A stretch of 64,000 nt of DNA. Origin: Octopus bimaculoides. Lineage: Eukaryota. Both the position numbers and the translations under genes were made by a program. A model generated the notes under the pieces. The model saw only the letters and a program-made list of their open reading frames with translations. It ran no database searches and was not told the DNA's origin. Below are positions 10,291 to 25,453 of the stretch, one piece after another (position 1 is the stretch's first letter; every line of letters starts with the position of its first letter). The stretch is from assembly GCF_001194135.2 (NCBI RefSeq), contig NC_068988.1, positions 67,256,209 to 67,320,208 of the forward strand, in the 5' to 3' direction.

Positions 10291-13200
10291 GACCAGGTGT
10301 TACCATCTTTTGATGGAGAAACTGATGTGTGTGTTTAGATACAAGTGAAGATTTTTGAACATGCTGACAAGTCTATGAAGGGAAATTTTCACAGCGTGTG
10401 AGTATGACCGAGTATATGTGTGAGCTTGCATGTGCAAATGAATTGATGCTGAGTATTGTGAGTTTGAGGCCTTTTCTATACGTATGTGAGTGTTCGGAAT
10501 GTAATGCAAACTTATGTATATTTCTTCTTGTGTTTATGTAGTGATTTACAAGAAGCAATATGTGTTTATGTTTAGTTGAACATGATCGATCATTTAACTA
10601 ATATAGTTTGGTGTTTATGACCAGTCTATGTAAACATAAATAATTGCATAAACATTAATTCTAATTGAAAGTATTTTTTTCACTAACACAATTTGCCAGT
10701 CGTGAAAATTATTTCCTTTGAAATAATTTGGTTATTATTTTTGTGAAATCACTGCATAGCTTCCTCAATGTTTTTTATTCAAATTTTCTTTTTGTTGTTG
10801 TGCAGTCTGTCAACAGAATAAGATGATTATTTTTTCTGCGAGGAAAATTCACTACTTCTTCCTAATACTAGGAATGTGCGTACGACGTAACTTAGGTCTA
10901 AATTAAAATTTTTCCTCTATTATAAAATTTTATATGTGAATCTGAGCAAATTCTTATGAACAGTAAAGGTTATTCCACGTCGTTTTCATATTCACCGAAA
11001 GAAAATTTACAACTAAAATTTTAAATGTTTTCAAATAAAATTCAGTAGTTTCGATGTAGTGTATAATGTTATGGGGCTCCCTACAAATCCCTCATGCTGT
11101 TACTGAGTGAAAGTCCTTTTAATTCACCATTTCCGTTTGTCAATTAATAACGTGTGTATAAATACAAATGGGAAAACCTCCGAAATAATCGAATATAGAT
11201 AATAAAATATTCAGCAGCTAAACTGCACATTTATACACAAGAGAACGACTAACCCTGCTAACAGAACAGAACTGTCAGAAATACAACTGAATTTAGTATA
11301 GAGGCCTGAAAGATACAGAGTTTCGACGATTTTTAAATACTATTAATATTCCTTTTTTCCCATACTGGGGTTTTCGAGAGGGTTAGCTAAAAGTAAATAA
11401 GAAATTTCAAACCACAATGCTGTATGAAATATTTAAACGACAAAGAGTCTGTTGAATATACCCAAGTATCAGGGCGATGTGTAAAAAGTTATTTCGTCAA
11501 ACACCCAGGGATATTTGGATTTATTGGGTTTATTGAAGATAACGCAAAGTGTCTGAGCAGTGAGCAGATTCAGGAAGCTCGTCATTACACGGCGCTCTCG
11601 CTAACTAAACGTTTATTTTTATTTACTGTCCTCATATAAGGCTAATAATGCGACACTTCACTAAATCAATACATATTAGCAACAATACTTTTAAAGAAAA
11701 AGCAAAAAATAACGTCTGTTGTAACTAAATCTCAATAATTTTATATGATAATAGAAATTGATGAGACGAACACCAATAAAACTTAAAGTCACGGATGAAT
11801 TTTGAAGCGAGAAAGGCTGGTAAATCACACAGAATAGTTTAAAGCAGGAATTTATCTCTTTTAAAGAACAACAGCAGATACTGTTCTATTGCAGAAAAAT
11901 ATTAATGAATATATAATGTAAAATATGTCAGTATTGATGAATATTTATGCAGACATTTGGAAAACATTAATCCAACTGGCTAATGAAAAACTTTAAGGAA
12001 ATTGACATTGCAATTTGGTATTTGTATTCTGAAGAAAGATTGAATTTTGGAAAGTGGTCAGATAAAAACAAATCCACAGTTCACTACTTTCAACACAATC
12101 TTTCATATATTTTCCCCTTTCAGAAGTGAAAAGAAATTACTTGCGATAAATTATAATTGTTAAACATTGTTTCTTTATATTAGATTGCAATCGCTGTAGA
12201 CATTTTGACGAGAACTAAAATCTGTAATCAGAAGATATTTCTCTATTTCGAAATGGAGTATTTTTCAGCTTACAATAAAGTCTTGTAAAATGGTGACAGA
12301 GTTATATGTGGCCAAATAACATCATACCTGTATAGTCATGAATAAGTGCAAGTACTACAGAACCAACAGAGAAGTTGGTTGTCGCGCTCTGTATTCAAGT
12401 CACAGTCACCTTAGCTTTTTGTTATTCTTTAAGATAGATAAAATGAAATAGTAACTCAGCGGGCCTTTGGAGACTTTATTTAAGTTCATCCCTTTATAAG
12501 AATTAGACCCATGGCTGTGACTTGGGAGAGTCAGCAATGTACTTATTTATACATAACTTAGTGCTAAACAACGACTTAAATAGTAAATAGTTGACTTGAG
12601 TAATAAATTGATGTGCAATTTCATTAATACTGATTCCTTGAGGTTTCCTTCCACAGGAACTTATGATATGATACAAGTAAATAGACAATAAATGGCTCAG
12701 TGATTGACAGGCGAAATTGATCACAACAGCCCTTGATGAGCGTCTAATATGCATGATTATTCAGCGATATTACAAACCAACATCTTTAAGTGTCGCATGA
12801 GGTCGCAGAGAGTGAACACTAGATATCGCTTGCGAAGAACATGGATACATATTGGATAGAAGTTGTACCAGTATTTTATTGTAAATCGCACTGGTCGAGA
12901 GTCCAAAACTGAGAATAGAGAAGGGAGAAGGGATCAGTAAAATCATGTTGGTGCTCTGATGGTAGAAATGCTTAGGGAATGACTTGACTTGTCATGATTT
13001 ACTAGCATATTCAAAAGTTGAGAATTACAGCATGTGAAATTATATACTAATAGGAATCCAGTATAGATTGCAAATTCAAATGTAGATTTAAGGTTATTTT
13101 GAAATTCGTCTGAATAAAAAGACAAACTCCAAAGCAAATTTTATGTAAACTCTGCATGATAGAGTTTGCATAAAACATCGAAACAATTTCCTCGTAAATC

Positions 13201-14216
13201 CTGTAGTAAATTTAAAATGTTTTGTGAAATATAATAAATATTTAGGAGAAAAATAGGAGAAAAAAGCCAAATATTTGAAAACAGGTGAATGAAAATATCA
13301 AAAAATATTTAGATAAATATTTAGATAAATATATAGATAAATGTCTCGCAAATGATAGATTTCTCGTAAATGTCTCATGCACACAGGATAATTTTAGTTT
13401 ATTTTTAGGGTTTTGTTTTATTCTTATTTAGTCTCTGTTCAATTGACATAAAGTAGTGAAAGTCACTAAACTATTTAATGCATCTGTCCGTTTTTGCTGA
13501 TGTAGTCTGTGATAGTAAGATTTAACTTATTTCAAGCCTGTATAGTGTCCACGTAGGGGGCTTTCGTGCAGGCCTCTCATATTGTCTGATAAATGAAAAA
13601 ATTAAATCTTTAAAATGCTGTCCTTGGCTTCCTAGTACTTCTTGTTCTTTAGATCCAGTTCAATACGCCTGTCTTCTTTCCAGTCACAATGCATCTAAAA
13701 TTATAAGTATTCAGATTATGGTAGTTTGTAAGATTCAGTTGCTATTTCTAATAGGCCACAAGGATAGATCCAATTATTAATCAACAACTTCAATTAACAT
13801 ATAATTAGCCATCATCATCAGCGACGCTAAACAAATTTAGTATAGTAATCTGAGAAAAAATGTAATTATTGCGTATATGTAACAGGATATAAATTGCTGT
13901 GAATAATAATTACAGGTGGTAGTGGATTGTGAGACTAGTTAAAAGTGTGTAAACATCGGTTATTAAACATTGACTTGCTTATTTCTCTTAATGCATCCTA
14001 ATGTCGAGGCACTAGCATCCCCAAATCCCGTGAAGCACCATGTTGAAGCACTAGTGTCCCCAAACCAGTAAGTCGAGTGTCTTCTGAAAGCAGTGAAGTT
14101 GTTCTCCTATGATGTGCGTAACAACAACTAGCATACTTTGCGTTCGAATCTACCAGGCCCAGTTAAAAATAAACAGGCAAATCATCGAGAGTGAGTGAGT
14201 GAGTGAGAAAGAGAGT

Positions 14217-14248
<32 letters not shown>

Positions 14249-14438
14249 GAGTCTGTAGCACTTTTTATGTTTGTATAGGAGAACATTTGCAGATTCTTTT
14301 TGAAAAATATTAAATTATGTATTTTTAATTGGTGTTTATTTTGCAACTTTATAATTTACGTTATTAGCTGTGACAAGCTAACTGAAACATCAAATAGGCA
14401 GACACTACTCTGAGCGGAAGTGCGAGAAGAAGAGAGAG

Positions 14439-14503
<65 letters not shown>

Positions 14504-15249
14504 TCGACAATATGAAAATTATATTGTAATCAGATTCTGTAAGGCAAACTGTATGAACATCGATCAGATTCTAATTAAAGCAGTTTACGTGACATTGTCA
14601 ACTTTAGTCACAAACATTAGTTTTGAAGATTTATCGCATTTATTAAATAATTATTGATCTCATTTGAGCAGACAGTAGTTCCAATTGATCTGCTAGTCAT
14701 TCATCATGGTGTTAAACAACATAAGTGTGTTACAGCGTTTCTCTTTAATGTTATCACCAAATATTTAAACTGCCTTTATGGCTCAGACATAACGAAATTC
14801 ATTTGAACAAAATTTCTTATTATATGTACAATTTAGAAATTATCTTTTCTATGGGGACGTATAACTGATTTTAGTCAATATAATGTACACAGTGGAGGAC
14901 AAAACCTATAATACGGAATAATAAACTAAGCTCACTTATTGAACTGTGTCTATAAATCGGGCCAATTTTCTATGGCATATTTTGCAATAATAGCACGATC
15001 TGAACTATATACCTTTGTATAAAAAAACGGTATTATAGCTATGAGAACAGTGGTTCTGTTGTTATAATTTGTCTCGCACTAAATTACAGACAAGGTCATT
15101 TCCTCTTGTGACTTGTTGCAAGCTGTGCGATTGCTCTCCTGCTCGCTCAATTGGCTTAGAATGTTGGGGAAAAATATCCCGGAATGATACAAATCTAATA
15201 ATGACTCATGTATTTAGTTTTTTTATCGAAAGTGTTCCTATTTTGCTAT

Positions 15250-15745
15250 TTAAATAACTGTTCTTACAGTTAAATATCTGTTCTATTAAATTACTATTTA
15301 ACTCAATAAATGTTCTGGTAAATACATGGTTTTCTAAATTATTTTCTTAACTAAATTTTCTTTTAAACAACATTTGTATTGAATGACTGCTCCGTTATAT
15401 AGCCCTCCAGTTAAATAACTTTGAGGTAAAAGAAACATCTGTAAAATAGCTGTTCTGATAATTGCTAGTTAAATAACTTTTATATTAGATATATTGTTAA
15501 ATAACAACGGTTCTGTTACATAATTGATTTGTTAATTCAAACATAAAATAGTAGTTATAATAAATAAAATTGTCAAATAACTGATTTGTTAATTCAGTTA
15601 TTTGTTAATCAATTTTGAACATTAAATAAATGTTCTCCTACATTAGAAATCTGTTAAATAAGGATTTCGTTTAATATACTTTTAAATAAATGGCCTTTTA
15701 AATTAATGCTCTGTTATCTATTCTGCTAAATAACCATTCTCTTGA
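15250..15745. repeat. Degenerate AT-rich minisatellite, unit approximately GTTAAATAACTGTTCT
   Basis: More than a dozen taaata(a/t)c / ctgtt motifs at irregular short spacing. Confidence 0.6.
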
Positions 15746-15859
15746 ATGATATTGGAGTTAGTAATTTCTTTCTTATAACAACCATAGAAACATCTTTGAA
15801 CCGCTTTCATTAACGTATCAAGAAATCATAACAAGCATCATTCTACGCGGTCTCTGATT

Positions 15860-16325
15860 CGGAAAATATTGCTTTCAAATTTCGGCCCAAGGCGAGTAAT
15901 TTCACGAGAGAGAGTAAGTCGTTTACATCGACCTCAGTACTTAACCGGTACTTATTTTATCGTCCCCGAAGGGATGGAAGGCTAGGTCAACTTTGGTTGA
16001 AAATATATTAACTCAACGTAAAGACGGGCAAACAACAGCTAATTATTTTACCGGCGTGCTTACGTTTCTACCAGCTCACAGCTCATCGCTTTTCTCATTC
16101 AGTAAATATTGCTTTCAAAATTTGACACAAGGCCACACAATTCTGGAGGAGGGGTAAATCGATTATATCATTCCCAGTGCTCAACTGGTACTTATGTTAT
16201 CGACCCCGAAGTGATGAAAGTAGTGTCGACCTCGACAGAATTTGAACTCAGAACGTAAAGATTGGCGAAATGCCGCTATGCATTTTCCTCAGCCTGCTAA
16301 CGATTCTGCCAGCTCGATGCATTCA
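15860..16325 (-). mobile_element. Tandem pair of family-A SINEs
   Basis: Both carry ggtacttatxttatcgxcccccgaagxgatg core; the second has head cgagctggcagaatcgttagcagg and B box gagttcaaattc. Confidence 0.8.
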
Positions 16326-17389
16326 GCTGACCCCTTGTACCAATATTTTTGCACTTTTTTTAAATATCAAATCATCGTTGATTCTTGTGATTTAATTCAT
16401 TCATTCGCATTATTTCACCTTAAAACTGAATACGAATGAAACACATACACAAACTTCTGAAGTTTTGTAAATATTCGAATTATAATAACGATATAATGCC
16501 AGAAAAAGTAGGGATTTAGATACAACAACAGTCATAATATATCGAAATACCAAAAAACAGTGTGTAAATGCATAATTACATAGTTATGAATGACATGGGT
16601 ATGTTAATAATTTCAGAAGGGTTGTAAAATAATTTATATAAGAGAAATAGTACAGTGTGATCATTAAAATCTAGTGAATGAATTATAATGAAATGAAAGC
16701 TTTAAGCAATATCACTATTTTTTTGAAACATATGTCTCCGTAAATAGCAGCATCAAAGATTTGATAAATAAATGTATTATCCTAAAATCGACACAATGCC
16801 GAAAGCGGTCATATTTCACATCAATTTTATGTCCTAAACCATTTTAATATCCGATATTAATTGCCAGTTCGTATTTCAAGTTCCATTAATCCTTTTAAGA
16901 AAGAATACCAAAATATCATATTCTTTAGCTTTCATATTTCTATTTACTCTCTATGAGAAACTTTTCGTTATATTGTATAGCTGTTTGCCGCTAGCTGCAT
17001 TGACAAGACATTTACGGCGAATTGAAAGAAAATTGTGAAATTATTAACTTTGAAATGAAAAAGAAAACTTTAGAAAAACTATTCGTCATAAAATTTTCGC
17101 AGAATTATCGCTCAAGTAAAATATATATATATATATAAAAAAACTAACAACATTATGTTGCTGCAAATCATTTCTTGTGTACGAAATACTCGTAAACACA
17201 CTCTTGAATCACTTCCACCCACAGTATTGTGCGTGTACTCATGTATACCTACCTACCTACCTACCTACCTACATATATAATACATACATGCATACACACA
17301 CAAACACGCGCACCCACACGCACACACACAAATACACATACAGTGATATCACACATAGATGTCACAGTAAAGAAGAGCTTCACTGTGAC

Positions 17390-18950
17390 ATAACTTTCAC
17401 TGGCAACTGGTACAGACTTGCAAAATACATTATGGTAATAGATCGAGAGTCGCAGCTGACCTCCTACTCGATGTGCGAAGAAAGCAGTCTAGAGGAACAA
17501 AGACCACTGATAAATATAAGGTTCTCAGTTTGTAGGGAGTTGATGGATGAAATGTAATTATCACAACACCACAAATTTTAGGAGCACAGCAGATCTTGAG
17601 TTCGTTGGGAAAGGTCACCATAAGGTTACACATGTAAATTATTAGAAAGTCATCTTAGAGGGATCCCTTTTTTCTTTCTTGTTTTCTGTAACACAATATT
17701 TCAACACTTCAAGGAAATGGAATCCCATGCTTTAGCAAGAACTATAGTAGTATTCTGAAAGACAACGTTAATGTCAAATATACCTAGACTCAATTGCGTA
17801 ACAGATTTGGTGTCAGTGACAAAATCCAGCTAATTGTAAGGTTTAAAGTGTGGTGTTTTTAGTATCAAACATAAATTACACTGGCAATTCATGTTTTATG
17901 ACTTCGGCATGGCTGATGTCAAGGTAATTGAAAGATTGTGCAGTAAATTTGCAAGAAAGTGTCTGGCGTTTAATTCAACCTGTACAGCAAAAATCTGAGA
18001 TCTTCTTACTTAATACGTCCCTGATGGAAAACTTCAATGCTACGAAGGTAAGGTGAGCCAGCAATTTTCTCACTGAGTCACCACTTTCGTAATGAGAACG
18101 AGTGATTACAGATTAAAACAAGGCTATAATTGGTAGCAGGGTATTATTGGCGTATTCTCTTATGAATGGCTGGAAATTGTAGGCAAAAGCATTTGGAAAG
18201 GAGTAGCAAAATACTAATAGCAGGAGCAAGAGCAAACTCATGGTACAGATGATCCAAGATTCAACAGAGATAGTCACCATATAAAAATTGTAGTCTCCGC
18301 GTTCCAGGGACAATGGATTAAGTGTGATAAAGCGATGGGACGAAGTCTGCTATGGATATACCTCTCGTAAACTGTTCATAAGTTGCCATTTCCTCATTCG
18401 TACCGTTGCAGAAAAATTGGCAATTAAACATAAACTTCAAATCTCGGGCAGATAGGAACACCTATACGGCAAGAAGTGTGGAGTAATTCTTTGTCCCATG
18501 GACCACATTTTGACCGGAATTTCTAGATCGCTTGAGGAATGGTGATGTAAAACAGAGGCGCCACATGGCCTTAACAAAATTGCCAAATGGATTGACGTAA
18601 TGGAAGACGGGTAAGTCCGTCAAGGGACAATCGTAAGCACCAAATGTTTTCAGATTCCTAAAGGAAGGTTATAAATCCTAAAGCAAATACATTTATGAAG
18701 GGTCTCTCACTTATTTTACACCAAATATGGGACTGAGAGATGCAAGTGAATCTAAAGTGTAGACACACCTTGCCAGATGTAGTGGCGATCATATCGCTCC
18801 AACCAGATATCGCTGGAGCGCAAAACGATCATTTGAACTTACAGTTTTCTGGGAAAACACGCTTAAAATGTCTCACCAACGGATTAAAGCCAATTATAAG
18901 AATTAGGTTGATGATGCCCTTATAAAAGAATGTCTCGTAGCCTCATTTCC
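17390..18950 (+). mobile_element. Decayed HERO/NeSL-like RLE non-LTR retrotransposon (RT domains to endonuclease)
   Basis: Frameshifted peptides FTGNWYRLAKYIM, LMDEM-IITTPQILGAQQIL (YxDD equivalent), RFKVWCF, LHWQFMFYDFGMADVKVIERLCSKFARKCLA, FQGQWIKCDKAMGRSLLW, MDHILTG, and RLE LQPDI...ELTVFWEN. Confidence 0.7.
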
Positions 18951-19584
18951 GCTAAGGTTATCCAGAGATATCTCAGCGCAATCTACAACAGAATACAGGT
19001 TAGAAATCCAAACAAATACACGAATTCAGTAAGTACATAGCTATAACACGTGATATCAGTTCAAAATTGCTCTAGTCGGCGAAAGAAGGAGCATTTGATT
19101 AGCAGATGGTTAATTTTCTCATTGCTACTCAACTCTTTAGCCACCAGTGGATGAAGTCAAGTTAGCTATGCCTTTAAATAGTTTCCTATACTTTAAACAT
19201 TAAATATGTACGTAATCTATATAAATGAAAACTATAAATAAATAAATAAATAACTAGAGTTTTGTCTAAGCAGTGAAAATCTTTGCATATTTAGCACCGT
19301 GTTTAAAATACGCAAGGGTTTTTAACATTGCAGTAGCTTTAGCTACCAGCAGAACTTAGCTTTAAATGCCTTTAAATAGTTTCCTGTAATTCAAACATTA
19401 AATATGTATATACTCTATATAAATAAATAAATATATATACATTTGTGTATATATAATGTTTATAACTTATACCTATCTATCTATTTGTGTTCCTATTTGT
19501 CTCTATATTGTATGTATGCACGCACGCACACACACGCACACGCACACATACACACACACACATATATATGCATACATATACACG

Positions 19585-19621
<37 letters not shown>

Positions 19622-20758
19622 CGAGTAGCCACCCACACGTTTTCATCATTTTTAGGAATTTCTTCTGATTCCTACGTCTTCAACTACAGAGATTACGATT
19701 TCCCCAGAATGACAGCACTTCAAAATTTCTGTGCCCTTGTCAAATTTAAGTTTTTGACATCTTGATTTGGATATTTTTCTTGGAATTCCCAATGTAATAA
19801 AACAGAATTTAAGGATCTGAAAAAACAAAAACAAAAAAAAAAGCAACAAATCTTTTCCAAATTTTAATTTTTGTAGCGTTCTATATATTAATGGCAGGCG
19901 AAAAGATCTGTTCATATCATTCATCTTTCTTTTTGCTATCATTTTTGACAACTTTTAAAATGTTTAAAATCGTCTTAATCTTATTAAACATGGACATTTA
20001 TCCTTCATATTCTAAACCCTCACAAACCAACGAAAGCTGTCGGTGTCTTTCTTTGAGAAACGTTACATTAACACATTTTAAGCTTTCACTATCGTGCTAC
20101 CCGTTCCGTATTTAGCTTTGCCAGCATGGACACCTTTGAAAGATTGCCAATCAATTTCAATCAGATGGAAATGTTTCCCGGTCTTTGCATAATACATTAC
20201 TTATTCAACTAACACATCCTAACACCCATCACTAAGGTATTAGAGATTATTTTCCGACCCCATCATCTTTACTAAATGAGAATAAAAACAGAATTGGCAT
20301 ACATTTAATTCTACATTCTTCACCATGATGAACAAATTGTAAGTGCTCAAAATTATTTCAATTTTAATAAACATTGGGACCTGGCCGCTCACTTTACTTT
20401 TCTCACAAGATCACTGCCTCCGTAAGACACACAGCTATGATGTAAATAGAATAATAATTGAAGACTAAGAAATAAGCCAAATGGTAAGGAGCCATTTTAG
20501 TCCGTGGGTGACCTTCTGCAGGTATATGATTATTTCAAATAATGAATTTTAAACTATGAATTGCTCTTAAAGTTCCTTTTAGTCGTGAGACTTATATGTT
20601 GTTTTCGCGTCAGCTTTTAAAGACTATATCAGTATCTTGGCATGAATTGGACGGCATTTATCATTGTTTTCTTTGAAGTATAAAAAGGAAAATTGAAATC
20701 TCAGAACAATATGTAGAACGTTTCCATGCTAGAATATACAGGGTGGGGTGGGTAAATT

Positions 20759-21404
20759 GTCGCCATTTTATATTTTTAATTTCGTCCATGCACTTTGTTT
20801 CTTTTTAGTTTTATCCACTACACAGTATAGTAGGGTCAGTTGGGCACCGTTTGTGAGAAAAATAGCACCATGACGCCATTCACTCTGCCAGAAATTTGCA
20901 AACGACATGCGGTCCTGCTTGGCATTCATGCCGGAAGCTCCAATATGAACATTTCAGAGTGTTTGGGTATCAATCTGAGGACATGTATCGAGAATGATAA
21001 AATAAAACATCCAGTGAACATCATGGTGTTTGGAATGATCACTAGTAATGGTGATGTTATGCCTCCATTTACCTTTCCACACATCCTCAGTCTCAATACG
21101 GAGGCCTACATCAAGTGTCTGGAGGAGGTAGTGATGCCCTGAGTTAAGAGGGTGGCTGCTGGAAGACGCTATGTCTGGAAACAGGACTCTGCACCATGCC
21201 GTACAAGCGGGACAACACAGTAAAAGTTGTCAGACAATTTCTGCGACCGCATCACCCTTAACATCTGGCCACTTAACTCTGCAGACTGCAGCCTCCTTAA
21301 TTACTATATGTGGGGCGCAGTTGTGCGAGAGACCAACAAAATACCGTGTAACACCAACCATCAAATGAAGTGAAGGATTATTTCAGCATTCACCAACTTA
21401 AACA
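20759..21404 (+). mobile_element. Internally deleted Tc1/mariner DD37D (maT) transposon; 3' end falls in the gap
   Basis: TA then TIR cagggtggggtgggtaaattgtcgcc; KHPVNIMVFGMITSNGDVMPPF; QDSAPC...WPLNSADCSLLNYY with 37 residues between the second and third catalytic positions. Confidence 0.85.
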
Positions 21405-23842
21405 NNNNNNNNNNNNNNNNNNNNNNNNNNNNNNNNNNNNNNNNNNNNNNNNNNNNNNNNNNNNNNNNNNNNNNNNNNNNNNNNNNNNNNNNNNNNNNNN
21501 NNNNNNNNNNNNNNNNNNNNNNNNNNNNNNNNNNNNNNNNNNNNNNNNNNNNNNNNNNNNNNNNNNNNNNNNNNNNNNNNNNNNNNNNNNNNNNNNNNNN
21601 NNNNNNNNNNNNNNNNNNNNNNNNNNNNNNNNNNNNNNNNNNNNNNNNNNNNNNNNNNNNNNNNNNNNNNNNNNNNNNNNNNNNNNNNNNNNNNNNNNNN
21701 NNNNNNNNNNNNNNNNNNNNNNNNNNNNNNNNNNNNNNNNNNNNNNNNNNNNNNNNNNNNNNNNNNNNNNNNNNNNNNNNNNNNNNNNNNNNNNNNNNNN
21801 NNNNNNNNNNNNNNNNNNNNNNNNNNNNNNNNNNNNNNNNNNNNNNNNNNNNNNNNNNNNNNNNNNNNNNNNNNNNNNNNNNNNNNNNNNNNNNNNNNNN
21901 NNNNNNNNNNNNNNNNNNNNNNNNNNNNNNNNNNNNNNNNNNNNNNNNNNNNNNNNNNNNNNNNNNNNNNNNNNNNNNNNNATGAAGCTGAGATTTAAGT
22001 AAAATGATGTACCTTTTGGATGGATCCCGGATTAAAAATGGATAAATAATTAAGATGAATGGTTTTTACAAATCTACTTTAAATTTCTATTTTGGTTTGA
22101 TCGTCTTAGCAATGTTTTCGTGTGGGATTTAGAGACGATTCAAAACGTATGAAACTTTTCCAAAACTATGGTAAAGAAGAGAATTTTATGGATGCAAATC
22201 ATTTTACCTTCATACTAATAAACAGCGGAAGGAATTTCTTATTTCTGTGAGGAGAGTGTCGATATTCCGATAGCTGGTGATAAGGTTCATTCAAAAAAAA
22301 AAAAAAAAAAATGGGGGAAATGATTTTCTGATAATAATTCATGTTATGCGCGTAGAATAGCAAAAATATAAACAATAAGGTATCTATTTCAGCTTAATAT
22401 GTTCTGGAATAGTATATGTATTTTGAGCATGCATCATCTAAAAGGACGAATTAAAAAATAAAACAATACAATAGTGATTTGCACTAAGAATGAATACGTT
22501 ATTCTTCCGAAATTTGTTTATTAATCCTAGCGTATCGACTGGCCAAGTTGGGGCTTCCTTCATTTTTTCTGTTTGTTCAACAATCATGCATGCCAGTGCA
22601 ATGTATACTGGTATTCCGATGCGTGGAGAAGGGCTTTAATTAAAAAAGCAAACAAAAATGAGCCTTTAAAAAACTTTTTTAGCGTGAATTTAACTTGGTC
22701 AAGAACTGCATTTGCTAGAAGTTGTAGAGAAGTGTGCGAATAGTAAATATTAACATTAGGGACATTATTGAGTCACTGATGTAATTTAATGATTTATGTG
22801 CAAACACACACAGACGCACACACAGATGCATTTATCCTAGTAAGAAAGAAGGTACGTCTGTGTGCCTTATGTGTGTAAGTGTGTGTGCGTATGTTCGTCC
22901 GTTTTCAAGTACTTCCTTTCGGAAAAGTTAGATTTACGTCGTAAGTTGATATTTTGTAATCTATTTCCTTGTTTAGTAGAGATATCCTACAAATCCATTT
23001 AGGTAGACGACGCAAGGAGGAAAAAGCTCTCTATATGCAAGTAAACAGTAAATAGAGTAAAATATCACATTATACTTTCTGCATTAATATCGACACATTG
23101 TAGTCCACAAGATTATGTATTCTTTTCTATTCCATCACACTGTCCACTTATATTATTAAAATCAACAAGGCATCACCAAACATTAACCGTGGCCTGTACA
23201 TGAATACATATGCACTGAAATATAAGACATATCTGAATATATTCCAATCTGTCTGATAGAAAGTACTGAAATCAATATATATAATCTCAGCCTATGAACT
23301 AATTACGTTTATGTTTTCGAAATATGAGAAATTGATAGAATATATTTGTGACGTTACTGACGATTATGTATAAACAAATGGTTATATTGTAAACCATCTA
23401 TTCAATACACTACTCCAGTAAATACAAATATTGCTTCAAATGAGGCAAGTGAATAATATTCAACTAAAGGTATGTAGATTTCGCGTTTCAGATGACAATC
23501 ATAATTTAGGACGTATACAAAGGCTGTCTCCAATTTTGCTTTTGAATATTAAATCTATGTTCACGTCAAAGACTGAATTTCATTGAGAATGTGTTCAAAG
23601 GATTTCTCACATCTGAGAAAAGTGGATGCCTATTTAGTGACGGGCTTCATAATCGAATAAATTAAACTATATTATGAAGCTTGCGTAGGAGCAAATTACC
23701 ACGCATGTTCTAATGGCAATTACGAGGTTGTAAATCAAGTGGTACCATAAGGGTTAAGTAGTAAAAGACTTATGGTTACTTATAGTCACTCACGTATGAT
23801 AATCGTCATGCATGTTCTCTCACTCAGAATTTCACAACTATT

Positions 23843-24235
23843 TTATTCTTTTACTTGGTTCTGTCATTTGACTGCGGCCATGCTGGAGCACCGCCTGTTT
23901 AGTTGAGCAAATCGACCCCAGGAGTTATTCTTTGAAAGCCTAGTACTTATGCTATCGGGGTCTTTTGCCGAACCGCTAGATTACGGGGACGTAAACACAC
24001 CAGCACCAGTTGTCAGGCGATGTTTCGGGGACAAACACGGACACACAAACATACACACACACAGACACACACACATACACACATATACATATATGCAGTT
24101 TCCGTCTACCAAATCCACTCACAAGTTTTTGGTCGGCCCGAGGCTATAGTAGAAGACAAAGTGCCACGCAGTGGGAATGAACCCGAGTCCATGTGCTTGG
24201 TAAGCAAACTACTTACCACACAGCCACTCCTGCGC
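23843..24235 (-). mobile_element. Family-B tRNA-derived SINE, near full length
   Basis: Reverse complement of the 38766-39166 copy: head gcgcaggagtggctgtgtggtaag, internal (TG)n, tail gcagtcaaatgac. Confidence 0.9.
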
Positions 24236-24978
24236 TTAAAGGTTTACTTTCAAAATTTTCCGAGATAATGATCCTTTAAATGTCACAATATTGCTGACAT
24301 GTTATCTATCAACTTATGATAGTCAGCAGTGAGCTAGAAAATTCATTAGCGCATCAGAAAAAAGACCTTGCGACATTTCACCCAGCTCTTTTCGCTTCTA
24401 GGATATTTTCACGCCGAGACCAACATTGCCTTTAATCCTTTTGATGTGAATAAATAAAGTGCCTACAACATTCTGGTATTAATGGGATTGACTAATCCGT
24501 TCTTTTCGAAATTGCTAGTCTTCTGACTAAATCAGAATTCACTTTGTAGACTAAGTCTACTTCCGTAGTATCAATTGAAAACGTTGTGAACATAAAACAG
24601 GACGTAATATAGAGTAGCATAGGTGACACAATAATTTATCTTTATGGGGGGGAAAACAACATTATCATATTTGCATTTATAACTTAATAAGTATTCAATC
24701 TCTATTAATTTAAATTTATTTTAATAAAATAGCGTTACAATAACTCTCTTAATCTGAACCTAGCTTTAAACATTGTAAGAATGATTGATATAGAAAAAGT
24801 CGATATCACAAGGCAGTCGTCGTCTTTTCAAACTAATTTGTATGTCGCACACACACACACAAGCAGATACACACACACACACACATACACACACACACAT
24901 ACACACACACACATGCACGCACACACACCACACACGAACAAGTACACGCATGTATACTAACACATATATTACATATGT

Positions 24979-25024
<46 letters not shown>

Positions 25025-25453
25025 NNNNNNNNNNNNNNNNNNNNNNNNNNNNNNNNATATATACACACACATATATACACACACACAAATATAAATACAT
25101 GTGTGAGTGCGTGTGTGGTAATGTTTCTGTTTATGTTCAGTTATAGTAAAAGTAATTTTACATTAATCTTATATGTTTCTTTATACTTTAATAGAGTTCA
25201 AATTTATTTTTTCTTCAACAACAATGCATTATTGACAGTGACTTCGAAATTTCAGTCAGTCAGTTAGGACATCATATGACTATAGCTTCAGTGGAAGAAA
25301 CTTTGAAGTTCATCAATAATATTCTTGCTGGAGAATAATATGTGTGTATATATATATATATATAGGAAACAGAGGAACTAGAAGGTACCTATGTTTGCTT
25401 AAAATAGCAGTCGATAACCGTACGACGCTATGTAGTACTTCACTGAATGTCTA

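Noticed and set aside
23740-23760. aagggTTAA resembling a piggyBac end
   Set aside because: No convincing partner terminus found.
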